This document shows, one piece after another, positions 46,749 to 56,778 of a stretch of 64,000 bases of DNA. A model generated the notes under the pieces. That model did not search any database. It saw only the letters and a list, made by a program, of their open reading frames with translations, and had not been told where the DNA came from. The stretch covers positions 3,275-67,274 of the forward strand of contig PLPI01000055.1 in NCBI GenBank assembly GCA_003159495.1, given 5' to 3'. The DNA comes from a candidate division FCPU426 bacterium. Its GTDB lineage: Bacteria; Oederibacteriota; PGYV01; Palsa-1178. Each line of letters opens with the position of its first letter. Within the stretch, counting starts at the first letter, position 1. Position numbers and translations under genes: made by a program.

Positions 46749-47111
46749 ATGGAAGCGTTTGGCGGCAAGGATAACAGGAAGCACAAGAGAGCGAACATAA
46801 CGGCCGAGGTGGTTTATAAATACGCCGATATACTCGATTATGGCGGCGACCTTAAAACGCAAAAATCCGGGCGCAGCCTCGATATAAGCGTTTCAGGGAT
46901 TCAGATGGTTGTTGATGAGGCCATGTTTCCGGGACAGGTGATAAAAATGGATATACACCTGCCGCACGAGGAAGTGCCCCTGACAACCTTCGGCAGGGTT
47001 GAATGGTGCAGAAAGGACGAGGCGGTCATAGGTATCTACAGGGTCGGGGTTAATTTTATGCTCATTGACGCGGATCATACGAGCCTGATAAGGAAAATAA
47101 CCGGAGAGTGA
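46749..47111 (+). CDS. PilZ-domain protein (c-di-GMP receptor candidate)
   Basis: RKHKR (RxxxR) and DISVSG (DxSxxG) motifs with the correct spacing; 120 aa. Confidence 0.75.
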   Translation: MEAFGGKDNRKHKRANITAEVVYKYADILDYGGDLKTQKSGRSLDISVSGIQMVVDEAMFPGQVIKMDIHLPHEEVPLTTFGRVEWCRKDEAVIGIYRVGVNFMLIDADHTSLIRKITGE

Positions 47112-47219
47112 CGGCAGTAATATAATTTAAGTAATTAAGGCTGCCAGCCGAATATATTGTGGATAGAGTTTTCGCAGAAGTTTCGTTAAAGATTTCAATA
47201 GCATCTCAGGGAGAAAAAT

Positions 47220-48125
47220 GTGGATCTAAAAGCGGATATCAGGCAGGCAATTGAGAAATTTGCCAATGACAGCGGATACAGCGGTTCCATCGTGGAGCCG
47301 TATGCGGTTGAAATAATGAATCTTATTGACATTCTCGGGGACACAAAATACACGGAACTTGCGGCGCTTGTTTACAGGATTTCCGCCGGTTTACAGCACC
47401 CGGGAGAGAATATTTCAACGGGAACTAATGAAAAAGGCGAAACAGGGGTATTCACGATTTCACCTGAGCTGAAGGCCGGGATAATCGGGCTTATCAGGGC
47501 GGAACTGGGGCGCGGCGGTGAGAATATTCAGGAAAAAACGGATAAAACAGCTGAAGCGGTTGCGGAGCCGCCGGTACCGTTTGACCTTGAAACAGGCAAA
47601 AAACATTTTGAGGCCGTTGCGGGAAAAATGGTTTCATGTATGGCAGAGGATATTTCCACGCTTATAAATGAGAAAATGAAGGCCGAATTCCAGGGTATAG
47701 AGGAAATATCCGGTGCTGAAATAATAAAAGCTGACGGGGAGAAATACATAACCATAGAGAACCTCAGGGACCAGGGGCCGAAGATTATATTAAGGGTTCA
47801 GGCAAAATTATTTATAAGGGCAGCCGGTGTTATGTCAAAGATGCCGCAGAATGTGGTTGAAGAAAAAATGACGACATTTAACCTTAATCAGAGCGACCTT
47901 GATGCGATAAGGGAAGTCTGCAGCCAGGTGACCGGCTCCATTAACAGGGCAATTCCATCCGGAAAATCAGAGCTCGGAGTCATAATAAATTTTGATGAGG
48001 CAAAGGAAAAGGAATTGCTTGGAGACGGGCGGTTTGTTATTTGCCGCTATAAGATGGGAAGTACACCGGATTTAATGGGAAATGTCGAAATAATTACAGC
48101 AACTGCCGATTCAATGAAACTTTAA
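47220..48125 (+). CDS. Hypothetical protein (GTG start)
   Basis: 301-aa ORF preceded by RBS gggag; no motif I recognise. Confidence 0.45.
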   Translation: MDLKADIRQAIEKFANDSGYSGSIVEPYAVEIMNLIDILGDTKYTELAALVYRISAGLQHPGENISTGTNEKGETGVFTISPELKAGIIGLIRAELGRGGENIQEKTDKTAEAVAEPPVPFDLETGKKHFEAVAGKMVSCMAEDISTLINEKMKAEFQGIEEISGAEIIKADGEKYITIENLRDQGPKIILRVQAKLFIRAAGVMSKMPQNVVEEKMTTFNLNQSDLDAIREVCSQVTGSINRAIPSGKSELGVIINFDEAKEKELLGDGRFVICRYKMGSTPDLMGNVEIITATADSMKL

Positions 48126-48329
48126 TTTACCGTAACTATATTGCCGCATTGCAAAACAACTCCGCAAGAACATGGAAAAGATTCCATGTTTTATGAAAAA
48201 AGTTTCCTTCCAAAATAGATCGCCTGATAATATCCCTTTAAAAACTGGACTTTTTACGGCATGGATTGTGCTTTAATTATTGGAGCCATAGCATGTTTTT
48301 TATGTGCCGGGCAATCCGGAGGAAAAGGG

Positions 48330-49613
48330 ATGAAACGAGTAGTTATGATTTCTATTATGATGTCCGCTGGTTTTGCGGCTTTTGGATTTGACATAAACTA
48401 CAGTGGGCTGATGTGCGAGGCCTCCATTGGAGCCGGGGCAGGAGGATTTTCCGGATACAATGACACTCTTGCGGGCGAGAGTTCCGGCTATGAGTCGGCG
48501 GGTTATAATGCCGGCTTATCAGGTGTTGATGCTTCCGCAATATTTAACTGGGGTGTTATGGCTATGTTTGACACTTCAATCGCCGGAGAGACCGGAATCG
48601 GCTTATACGAAGGATATATGCGCGCAGGCTCAAATGGAACGGTTTATTATCAGGATGGAAGTGTGATGGAAAAAAGGGACATCTTCCTGGGTTATTACAG
48701 CCTTGAATTATGCGCGAGAAAATATTTTGAGATTGCGCGCGGCCTCAAAGCTTTCGGCGGCTTAAGGGTGGGATTATTCATGGCGGTGAATAATTATATT
48801 GAAACAGAAATTTATGACGGCTCCGGCAATCTTGAGAAAGCTGTAATTGAGGATATAAACGGTGTGGTTCCAGGAGCGGCAATAGACGCAGGGCTTATGT
48901 ATGCCTTGAACGGTGAAACCGGAATATTCCTCGACTGCGGATTACGGGCCGCTTCAGGGGAGAGGGAGGCGTCATTAAGGTCCAACGATTTATCAATCAA
49001 TTCAACAAAAGCAAATTTCAATTCGGATTTTTCCGGGGTTTACGTTGCCCTGGGTATATATTATAAGTTCCCGGCAGACGGAGAAAAAAATATCAAACAA
49101 TCCGTTAAACCTAAAAAAACATTAATAAGCTCTCCGGCCGCGACAGCAACAGTTGTGTCAACACAGACAAAAATGGCAACAGCGGAAGAGACGGCAACAG
49201 TTGCGGCAACAGAGACGACAATGGCAACAGCAACAGAAACGGCAACAATGGCCGCAACGCAGCCGGAGGCTTCCATAACTGCCCGGGATACTCCGGCGGA
49301 GCAGCCGCAATATGTTAAAAAGAAACGGACGGCTCCCGTAGAAAAAACACCTGCACCCGTAATGACCCCGGTCACACGGGAGGATTTTGCCGCGGAAGGC
49401 GACGCGAAGTTCCTGAATTCGGATTATTCCGGCGCGGCTCAATTGTATAAAAAAGCCGCCGCGGTAAATGCGGACGCGCTGACCTATAAAAAGCTGGGCA
49501 ACTCTTATTATTACGTGAATAACATCAGCGAAGCCGTTCGGTATTATGCAAAATCGCTTGAATTGAACCCGGATGATACAAAATTAAAAGAATTTCTGGC
49601 GGGCTTAAGATGA
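48330..49613 (+). CDS. Secreted protein with degenerate Ala/Thr repeats and a C-terminal TPR
   Basis: RBS ggagga; signal peptide MKRVVMISIMMSAGFAAFG; ATxETAT repeats; C-terminal TPR-like YKKLGNSYYYVNNISEAVRYYAKSLELNPDD. Confidence 0.55.
   Translation: MKRVVMISIMMSAGFAAFGFDINYSGLMCEASIGAGAGGFSGYNDTLAGESSGYESAGYNAGLSGVDASAIFNWGVMAMFDTSIAGETGIGLYEGYMRAGSNGTVYYQDGSVMEKRDIFLGYYSLELCARKYFEIARGLKAFGGLRVGLFMAVNNYIETEIYDGSGNLEKAVIEDINGVVPGAAIDAGLMYALNGETGIFLDCGLRAASGEREASLRSNDLSINSTKANFNSDFSGVYVALGIYYKFPADGEKNIKQSVKPKKTLISSPAATATVVSTQTKMATAEETATVAATETTMATATETATMAATQPEASITARDTPAEQPQYVKKKRTAPVEKTPAPVMTPVTREDFAAEGDAKFLNSDYSGAAQLYKKAAAVNADALTYKKLGNSYYYVNNISEAVRYYAKSLELNPDDTKLKEFLAGLR
49141..49263 (+). 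repeat. Degenerate tandem repeat (gcaacag-type units) encoding an Ala/Thr-rich linker
   Basis: Reiterated ggcaacagc/gacggcaacag units within the preceding CDS. Confidence 0.5.
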
Positions 49614-51604
49614 AAAAAAGAGCGGGCGCGTTAAATGTTCTTGCGACAGCGGCCCTGATACTGGTATTCGGGCAGTCATGCAACCCGAAAAAAATGCTGC
49701 CGACGGCGCCGATAATTGATTTTATAAAAACGCCGTCTGCCACAAGCCAGATGACGGCAACCACAACAAAAACGGAGGGCCCGTCGCCGACAGAAACGGA
49801 ATGGCTCAGCGCCACAATAACACAAACCATATCCAGTACTCCCACAATGACGCTTTTTGTATCCCCGACAATATCACCGACAATAACAATTACATCCACA
49901 TCAACACCTGTGGCGCCTGAAGGGTCGGCATCTATTTCACCGGCCTGGGCGGTTATGAATACTACGGGAAACACCTGGAGGATAGTTTACAGCGCCGGAA
50001 CAACAACATGGGCGGCTTCGCCAGGCTATGGGACACTTAAGATAACCGTGCCGGCAGGATTTTCCTCGCCGTCTTTAAGCTCCACGGACCCGGGATATTT
50101 TACGGTCTCAGTTTCCAACGGGACCCTTTTTTCCTATACGGTGAACGGTATGCAGATACTGCTGCAGGTAAGGGGGCTTATTACGGGCGCCGGGACAATA
50201 ACGATTAATTTTGGGGACAGAAGCGGCGGCGGCCCGGGAGCCGCGGCTGCCGCAAACGCCGGAAATTTTACATTTGCGGTTGAAATGACGCCGGACGGCG
50301 ATATAACAGCACCGATTGACAGCAGTCCGTCGCTTGATATAGTCACTCCCCTGGGTTCAGCAACGTTGTCGCCGCAGACGGCGGCCTGCGGCCTGGGCGG
50401 AAATACGGCGGAGCTGACATATATCCCGCAGACACTGTGGGGCAACGGAACCCTGCAGATAACCATTCCGGCCGGATTTTCACAGCCTTCGCTTAATTCA
50501 GGGGCCCCGGGCTATTTTACCGTATCGGTAATTGGTGGGACTCTCACGCAGGTTATGACCGAGTCCATGAATATTATTGTATCCGCGTCAGGGATACCGA
50601 ACGATACCGGCAGGATAATTGTGGATTACGGCTCAAGGTCCGGAACCGGGCCGGGGTTTACCGCGCCCTATGCGGCGGGAAATTATACTTTTTCCGTGGC
50701 ATCAGACAATGACGGAACGAACATACACCAGATTGCATCAAGCCCGCTTTTCGCGGTTAACCCGGCCACGGCAACGGTGACGCAGACATTTACGGTGACG
50801 CAGACCGTAACCCCCACGCCCACAATAAGCAAAACATTTACTGTGAGCCCGACTGTTACAAAAACATCAATTGCTTCAAAGACATTTACGCCGACCTTTT
50901 CAATGACACAGACAATAACGCGTACTTTTACGGTAAGCCCGACCTTTACTGTAACGCCGACACGGACGGTTTCGCCGACATCCAGCGTGACAAAAACAAT
51001 AACACCCACTTATTCCGTCACGCTTACAAAGACTGCCACGCCGACGAAAACAGCCTCGCCGACTTTTACATCGACACGGACGGTTACGGACACAAAAACT
51101 GTGACGCCGACAAAAACCGGGACATTCACCCAGACGGCGACTGTGACGCCGACTTTTACAATAACACCCACTTTTACCCCGCATGAAGTGGTTTTCCCGG
51201 ATCCTAACCTGGACAATGCCGTAAGATCCGCGATAGGGAAACCCACGGGCATAATTTACAGCACCGATCTGTACAGCCTGACAACACTGAACGCGTTCGG
51301 CTCGGGAATATCGGATTTGACCGGGCTCGACCAGTGCACGAGCCTGGTAATACTTTCGCTGTATAATAATTCCATAACTTCAATTGCACCCCTTGCCGGG
51401 CTCACTTCGCTTAATTACGTCGATCTTAATTCAAACCAGGTGGCGGACATAACGGCGCTTGTCCAGAACGCCGATGCCGGCGGGCTTACGTCCGGGGCAC
51501 AGGTGATACTTAACAACAATCCTTTAAGCGCGCAGGCGCTGAATACAGACATCCCTTACCTGCAGTCTAAGGGAGTGGTGGTGTCATTTACGGCTTCCAA
51601 CTGA
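49610..51604 (+). CDS. Lipoprotein with duplicated internal domains, a Thr-rich repeat linker and C-terminal leucine-rich repeats
   Basis: Lipobox LVFGQSC. Two ~130-aa paralogous segments (ITVPAGFSSPSLSS...GYFTVSV and ITIPAGFSQPSLNS...GYFTVSV). A TxTxT linker, then LRRs LxxLxxLxLxxNxIxxIxxL. Confidence 0.6.
   Translation: MKKRAGALNVLATAALILVFGQSCNPKKMLPTAPIIDFIKTPSATSQMTATTTKTEGPSPTETEWLSATITQTISSTPTMTLFVSPTISPTITITSTSTPVAPEGSASISPAWAVMNTTGNTWRIVYSAGTTTWAASPGYGTLKITVPAGFSSPSLSSTDPGYFTVSVSNGTLFSYTVNGMQILLQVRGLITGAGTITINFGDRSGGGPGAAAAANAGNFTFAVEMTPDGDITAPIDSSPSLDIVTPLGSATLSPQTAACGLGGNTAELTYIPQTLWGNGTLQITIPAGFSQPSLNSGAPGYFTVSVIGGTLTQVMTESMNIIVSASGIPNDTGRIIVDYGSRSGTGPGFTAPYAAGNYTFSVASDNDGTNIHQIASSPLFAVNPATATVTQTFTVTQTVTPTPTISKTFTVSPTVTKTSIASKTFTPTFSMTQTITRTFTVSPTFTVTPTRTVSPTSSVTKTITPTYSVTLTKTATPTKTASPTFTSTRTVTDTKTVTPTKTGTFTQTATVTPTFTITPTFTPHEVVFPDPNLDNAVRSAIGKPTGIIYSTDLYSLTTLNAFGSGISDLTGLDQCTSLVILSLYNNSITSIAPLAGLTSLNYVDLNSNQVADITALVQNADAGGLTSGAQVILNNNPLSAQALNTDIPYLQSKGVVVSFTASN
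50770..51180 (+). repeat. Thr-rich degenerate tandem repeat region
   Basis: acg/aca-rich units encoding TFTVTPT-like repeats. Confidence 0.5.
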
Positions 51605-51711
51605 AACAACGGGGAAATTTTAAGAATAAAATCCAATTTTCCGATAATATTAAAAATCTTGCCGGTTGAAAATAGGCGCCGAATCTGTTATTATGTGTCA
51701 AATAACAGGCG

Positions 51712-52398
51712 GTGAATATGGATATTTCCACAAGGCTCATGTCAATTACCATGGAATTTGTCTTTATGCCGGTTCAGGCCGGGGATAAAAAACTGCGCGG
51801 CATATTTGACTCGGTTTCGGAATCTCACTCGATTACATCGTTTTCAACCCTGCCCGACGGAAGCACCGTAATGTCCACCAAGGAAGAAAAAAACAACCTT
51901 TCCCGTTACAGGATACTGCGGGACAGGGTGGTTATAACCTACGAATTCTGCTCAAATTCCATAAACTATTACAGCGCCCTCGCTTCGGATTTTTTAAGCG
52001 TCTTTGCGAAAACGGCCGGGGTTTCCCTGATTCTTATGCACAGTATTATAATAAGGAAGCTGGTGAATTTAAGGCAGTTTGAGGACGGCAGGGATTACCT
52101 TATAAAAAAGGCCCTGTCGCTCACCGACGAGGACCTCAAGGTTTTTGCCAGGCCGCTGCATGTGATAGGCACGAGGATGTTTTTTCCGGCGGTGGATCAG
52201 GGGCTGTCGGCTTATGATATAAAAGTGGAATCATGGGGCGAGGATACAAGGTCCATATTTATCGAGTGTGCCGGCATCTATTCCGCGCCGGCCGACATTG
52301 GAAAAGACGTATCTGTCATAAGCATTGATACGGATAAAACAGATGATTTCATATCAAACAATATTCTTGGATTCCTGAAACAATTCGGCGGCAGGTAA
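51712..52398 (+). CDS. Hypothetical protein
   Basis: 228-aa ORF with no motif I recognise. Confidence 0.4.
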   Translation: MNMDISTRLMSITMEFVFMPVQAGDKKLRGIFDSVSESHSITSFSTLPDGSTVMSTKEEKNNLSRYRILRDRVVITYEFCSNSINYYSALASDFLSVFAKTAGVSLILMHSIIIRKLVNLRQFEDGRDYLIKKALSLTDEDLKVFARPLHVIGTRMFFPAVDQGLSAYDIKVESWGEDTRSIFIECAGIYSAPADIGKDVSVISIDTDKTDDFISNNILGFLKQFGGR

Positions 52399-52425
52399 GT
52401 TTTTTTAAATAACGGAGGTGCTTTT

Positions 52426-53913
52426 ATGATTGTCAGGGCAATGCAAAAAAAGATATTTGAAATTACGGCGGACCTTTACATAATCCCGGTATTTAAGGGG
52501 GAAAATAACAGGTTTTCGCCGGAGGATTATTCGCTCTTCGGGGCGAAATTGGAGGCTTTTGCCGAAAATGGCGGCATAAAAGAAGAATATAAAAAACGCT
52601 CGTTTTATTCCTTTGAGGCTTTTGGCGGGGTCAAAAAAATATTTTTCCTGGGGCTCGGCGAAAAGGAAAAACTTACCCGTGAAAAAATAAGGGAAGCATC
52701 CGGGTTTGCCGCGAAAGAGGCCAAATCACTCGGGGCGGCAAATATAGCCATGGCCCTGCTTTCGCCTTCGCCGGATGATTTTAAGGCGCAGCTTGAGGGG
52801 TTTATGCTGGCCGATTACTCCTATGACGAACTCAAGGCAAAAAAGGATGCGGATAAAATATCAGCGCTGAATTTTCCGGACACCGCGGTGCAGTTTGAAA
52901 AGGCCATAAGCGAAACAACACAGGTCATTGACGCCGTATTTTTTGCGAAGGACCTTATGAACGGGCCGGGGAACTACTCAACGCCCGCGAAAATCGCGGA
53001 TGCGGCGAAAAAAGTTGCGGCCGGCGACAAGAGGATAAAGTTGAAAGTATATTCGCTTGAAGAGGCGAAAAAAATGGGAATGGGAAGTTTTTATTCGGTG
53101 GCCAAGGGTTCGGAAGAGCCGGCGAAATTCATAGTCGCGGAATACAAAGGCGCCCCGGCTTCAAAAAAGAAAGGGGTCTTTGTAGGCAAGGGAATAACTT
53201 TTGATTCGGGCGGTATATCGCTGAAACCCCAGGTTTCCGGTTCGTCCATGATAGAGGATATGAAGTTTGACATGTCGGGAGCGGCTTCGGTAATTGCGCT
53301 GATGAAAATAATATCAGGCCTTAATATGAAAATAAACGCGGTATTTATAGCGCCGGTTACGGAAAATCTTCCTTCGGGCAAGGCCTACAAACCGGGGGAT
53401 GTATTGACGTCAATGTCCGGAAAAACCATCGAGGTTATCTCCACGGACGCCGAAGGCAGGCTTATACTGTGTGATGCCCTTTATTTCGCGCAGAAGTATT
53501 CGCCTGCATTTATTGTGGACATCGCGACCCTTACCGGCGCGTGCGTGATGGCCCTGGGCCATTTCGCCACCGGGCTTATGGGCAACGACGAAACGATTAA
53601 AACCATGATGAAAAAAGCGGGTGAAACAAGCGGCGAGACCGTATGGGAACTGCCCATGCTTGAAGAATACGCCGAGACCCTGAAATCAAAATATGCTGAC
53701 ATAAAAAACATAGGCGAAGGCGGGGCGGGAACTTCGGTTGCGGGCCTTTTCCTGAAAGAATTTGTGGGTGATTATCCGTGGGTGCATCTTGATATAGCCG
53801 GAACGGCTTACGGCATAAAAAATAAATCATATATTCCTGACGGCGTGGCCGCAACCGGCGTGAGGCTTATGTATGAATTTACAAAAAACGCAGTAAATGG
53901 AGGGGTGCTATGA
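52426..53913 (+). CDS. pepA: Leucyl aminopeptidase (M17 family)
   Basis: NTDAEGRL motif and GKGITFDSGG substrate/metal-binding region. Confidence 0.85.
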   Translation: MIVRAMQKKIFEITADLYIIPVFKGENNRFSPEDYSLFGAKLEAFAENGGIKEEYKKRSFYSFEAFGGVKKIFFLGLGEKEKLTREKIREASGFAAKEAKSLGAANIAMALLSPSPDDFKAQLEGFMLADYSYDELKAKKDADKISALNFPDTAVQFEKAISETTQVIDAVFFAKDLMNGPGNYSTPAKIADAAKKVAAGDKRIKLKVYSLEEAKKMGMGSFYSVAKGSEEPAKFIVAEYKGAPASKKKGVFVGKGITFDSGGISLKPQVSGSSMIEDMKFDMSGAASVIALMKIISGLNMKINAVFIAPVTENLPSGKAYKPGDVLTSMSGKTIEVISTDAEGRLILCDALYFAQKYSPAFIVDIATLTGACVMALGHFATGLMGNDETIKTMMKKAGETSGETVWELPMLEEYAETLKSKYADIKNIGEGGAGTSVAGLFLKEFVGDYPWVHLDIAGTAYGIKNKSYIPDGVAATGVRLMYEFTKNAVNGGVL

Positions 53914-54416
53914 GAAAAATTTTTTTATTTTTGTCCGTGGTCATACTTGTTTTATCGGCCGGCCTTTTTGCGGCCGACGCTTCGCAGATAGAGGATTTAA
54001 AACAGAAACAGTCGCTTGGCTTTGACCTGAACGGGAACCAGGTTATTTACAGGGTGTGGGCAAATCAAAATGTCGGGCTCGACCTGTCCGCTGGATTTTC
54101 AATGAACGGCTCAAATTCAATGGTTTCGGTCGGTGCGGGAATGGTATCTGCGCTTGTTGAAAAGGATTCTTTCGCGGTCAATATCATTCCGGGCCTGAAA
54201 TTCGGCTATGCTACCGGCTCAAGCGACTTGACGCTTGTAGGCGGGGCAGCGTTGGAGTTCATGGCGGTTTTGTCGGCTATAAGCAAAGACCTTTCGGTCA
54301 GTTCACAAGTCGGGGCATATATCGGGATAAGCAGCACAAACAACCAGACAAACCTGCTGATAGCGGCGGCAAAAGATTTTGCAATCAGCCCGGTAATAAT
54401 CAGGTACTATTTTTAG
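53910..54416 (+). CDS. Small secreted or outer-membrane-like hypothetical protein
   Basis: Signal peptide; a 168-aa protein rich in beta-strand-like segments; overlaps the pepA stop. Confidence 0.4.
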   Translation: MRKIFLFLSVVILVLSAGLFAADASQIEDLKQKQSLGFDLNGNQVIYRVWANQNVGLDLSAGFSMNGSNSMVSVGAGMVSALVEKDSFAVNIIPGLKFGYATGSSDLTLVGGAALEFMAVLSAISKDLSVSSQVGAYIGISSTNNQTNLLIAAAKDFAISPVIIRYYF

Positions 54417-54510
54417 TTTTAAAAGCTTTAAAAATGGGATAAAAAGCGGAGCGCGTCAGCACGCCTGTTTTTAGCCGGCCCGGGCGCAAATTTAAAGAGA
54501 GGGGTGCCAG

Positions 54511-56778
54511 TTGATTAATATAAATGACCTTCTTCATATGATGATAGAACGAAAGGCCTCGGATATTCATTTAAAGGAAGGCAGGCCGCCGCTTTTAAGG
54601 ATTGACGGCAACATGATTATGACCGACATGGAAATACTCTCGCGCCAGGATATGAAAGAGATGATGTTTTCCATGATGGACGAGAAACAGCGGAAAAAGT
54701 TTGAGGATACGAACGAGATGGACCTCGCATATAACCTCGAGGGCGTCGCACGCTTCAGGGCAAACGCTTTTCAGCAGATGGGAAAATATGAGGTTGTGTT
54801 AAGGGCCATACCCATAAGAGTGCCGTCAATTGAGGAAATGAACCTTCCGGCAATAGTCTCGGACGCGGCCCTTTTTACCAGGGGGCTTGTGCTTGTCACC
54901 GGCACCACGGGAAGCGGAAAATCCACGACGCTTGCCGCCATGATAAACAAGGTCAACGAGACATACCAGAACCATATAGTGACAATTGAGGACCCGATAG
55001 AGTTCGTCCATTCCGACAAAAAATCAAGCGTCTCCCAGAGGGAAATAGGGCTTGATACCGAGAATTTCAGCACGGCCCTTAAATACGTGTTAAGGCAGGA
55101 TCCGGATGTGATACTGATCGGCGAAATGAGGGACGCGGAAACTGTCGGAATAGCGATGTCGGCCGCCGAGACCGGCCACATGGTATTTTCCACGCTTCAT
55201 ACAATGGACACCATCCAGACGATAAACAGGATACTTGATTTTTTTCCGAAGGAACAGCAGGCACAGGTGCGGGTACAGCTCGCGGGCGCGCTGAGGGCCG
55301 TAATATCCTTAAGGCTTATTCCAAGGATTGATATGTCCGGCAGGGTGCCGGCGGTGGAAGTGCTGCTGGTGACGCCGACTGTCCGCGGTTACATGGAGGA
55401 AGGCAAGCTGGGCGCGATCAAGGAGCTTATCAGGGACGGCGGACAGTCCGGCATGCAGACATTTGACCAGTCCCTTATCGGGTTGTATAAAAAAGGGCTG
55501 ATATCCATAGATGACGCGAAAAAGAACGCCACTTCTCCGCAGGAAATCGACCTTATGCTAAAGGGGATAACTTCAAGCAGGGCCTCGGCCCAGTCCATAC
55601 TTGACAATATGCTCAAAGAACAGGGCAGGCATGAACTTACAACGGAAATAAAGGCGGCAAAAGATACAGCCGCCAGGGGCCTGATAAAGGAAGCGTTCGC
55701 AATGTTCGAGAAGCTGCGCGAGAAATATCCCGATGACAGGGAAGTGGGCGAAAATCTGGAGTCTTTAAGGAACAGGCTGAGCTCGGAGCAGTTTTCGCAG
55801 GATATAAAAAATATAATCCAGGAAGGGCTTAATATATACAAGAAGGGCAACATAAAAGGGGCGATAGTAAAGTGGCAGGAGGGGCTTTCCATTGACCCGG
55901 CCAGCGCGCAGCTAAAGGCTTATATAAAGTCCGCTGAGGAAAAGCTGGCGGCGGCGGAAAATTTGCCCGGGATTATCGCGGAAGGGGTCGCAATATACAA
56001 GACGGGAAAAATTGAGGAAGCGATAGAAAAATGGAACGAGGCTCTCAGGCTTGACGGAAGCAATGCGCAGGCCAGGTCGTATATATCGGGGGCCGAACAA
56101 AAACTCAGGGAATTGAAATTAAAAAAAGAAACAGACTCTGTGTTAAAGTCGGGTATGGATGAAATTAATGCGGGAAACGAGCTTGAGGCGCTTATGCTTT
56201 TTAAGCGCGCGCTTAATTTGAAACCGGATTCTGCCGAGATAAAAAACGCGCTGGACGCTTCGTACGGCAGGCTTGCAAAGGAAAATTTCGGCGAGGACGT
56301 GGACGGGGCGCTCGCTTCGGAAGCTTTTGTCAAGGGAATCAACAGGATGCTTGACGAGGACTATCTTGCGGCGTTAAAAGAGTGGAAAAAAGTGGTTGAA
56401 AAAAGGCCCCTTGAACACAAGCTTAAGGATTATATGGAAAAAACGAAAAAAATATTGAAAAACCGCCTTGAAACCCTGATGGAAAACGCCGATGAATCGT
56501 ACAGGAACAAGAAAACAGCCGACACGATGGATTACCTCAATAAAATACTGCACATCGACCCTGCCAATGAATTCGCCCTGAAATATATGCATGACTTAAA
56601 ACCGATATTTGACGAGGAAGTGTCGAAACTATACAGGGAAGCCTCGGACCTTTACGCGGCAGGCAGGTTCAGGGAGTCGAAGGAAAAAATATTGATGGTT
56701 CTCAGGATAGACCCGGGCCAGCCGGCCGCGCGCAAAAAGCTCGAGGAAATCAACGAGAGGATTTCGGCAGCCGGATAA
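54511..56778 (+). CDS. PilT-family retraction ATPase fused to ~390 aa of TPR-like repeats
   Basis: TTG start. N-terminus ASDIHL; Walker A GTTGSGKST; Asp box DPDVILIGEMRD; His box. The C-terminal half is reiterated ~35-40-aa modules (AIxKWxEALxLDPxxAQ). Confidence 0.75.
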   Translation: MININDLLHMMIERKASDIHLKEGRPPLLRIDGNMIMTDMEILSRQDMKEMMFSMMDEKQRKKFEDTNEMDLAYNLEGVARFRANAFQQMGKYEVVLRAIPIRVPSIEEMNLPAIVSDAALFTRGLVLVTGTTGSGKSTTLAAMINKVNETYQNHIVTIEDPIEFVHSDKKSSVSQREIGLDTENFSTALKYVLRQDPDVILIGEMRDAETVGIAMSAAETGHMVFSTLHTMDTIQTINRILDFFPKEQQAQVRVQLAGALRAVISLRLIPRIDMSGRVPAVEVLLVTPTVRGYMEEGKLGAIKELIRDGGQSGMQTFDQSLIGLYKKGLISIDDAKKNATSPQEIDLMLKGITSSRASAQSILDNMLKEQGRHELTTEIKAAKDTAARGLIKEAFAMFEKLREKYPDDREVGENLESLRNRLSSEQFSQDIKNIIQEGLNIYKKGNIKGAIVKWQEGLSIDPASAQLKAYIKSAEEKLAAAENLPGIIAEGVAIYKTGKIEEAIEKWNEALRLDGSNAQARSYISGAEQKLRELKLKKETDSVLKSGMDEINAGNELEALMLFKRALNLKPDSAEIKNALDASYGRLAKENFGEDVDGALASEAFVKGINRMLDEDYLAALKEWKKVVEKRPLEHKLKDYMEKTKKILKNRLETLMENADESYRNKKTADTMDYLNKILHIDPANEFALKYMHDLKPIFDEEVSKLYREASDLYAAGRFRESKEKILMVLRIDPGQPAARKKLEEINERISAAG

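Noticed and set aside
47220-48125. CheC/CheX-like phosphatase assignment for the 301-aa protein
   Set aside because: A DAIREVCSQVTGS segment loosely resembles the CheC E-x2-N motif, but the key Asn is replaced and no second repeat is evident.
54455-54480. Terminator after the pepA-downstream gene
   Set aside because: The GCGT..ACGC stem is only 4 bp before ctgttttt, and the neighbouring GC-rich palindrome is imperfect. Too weak to call.
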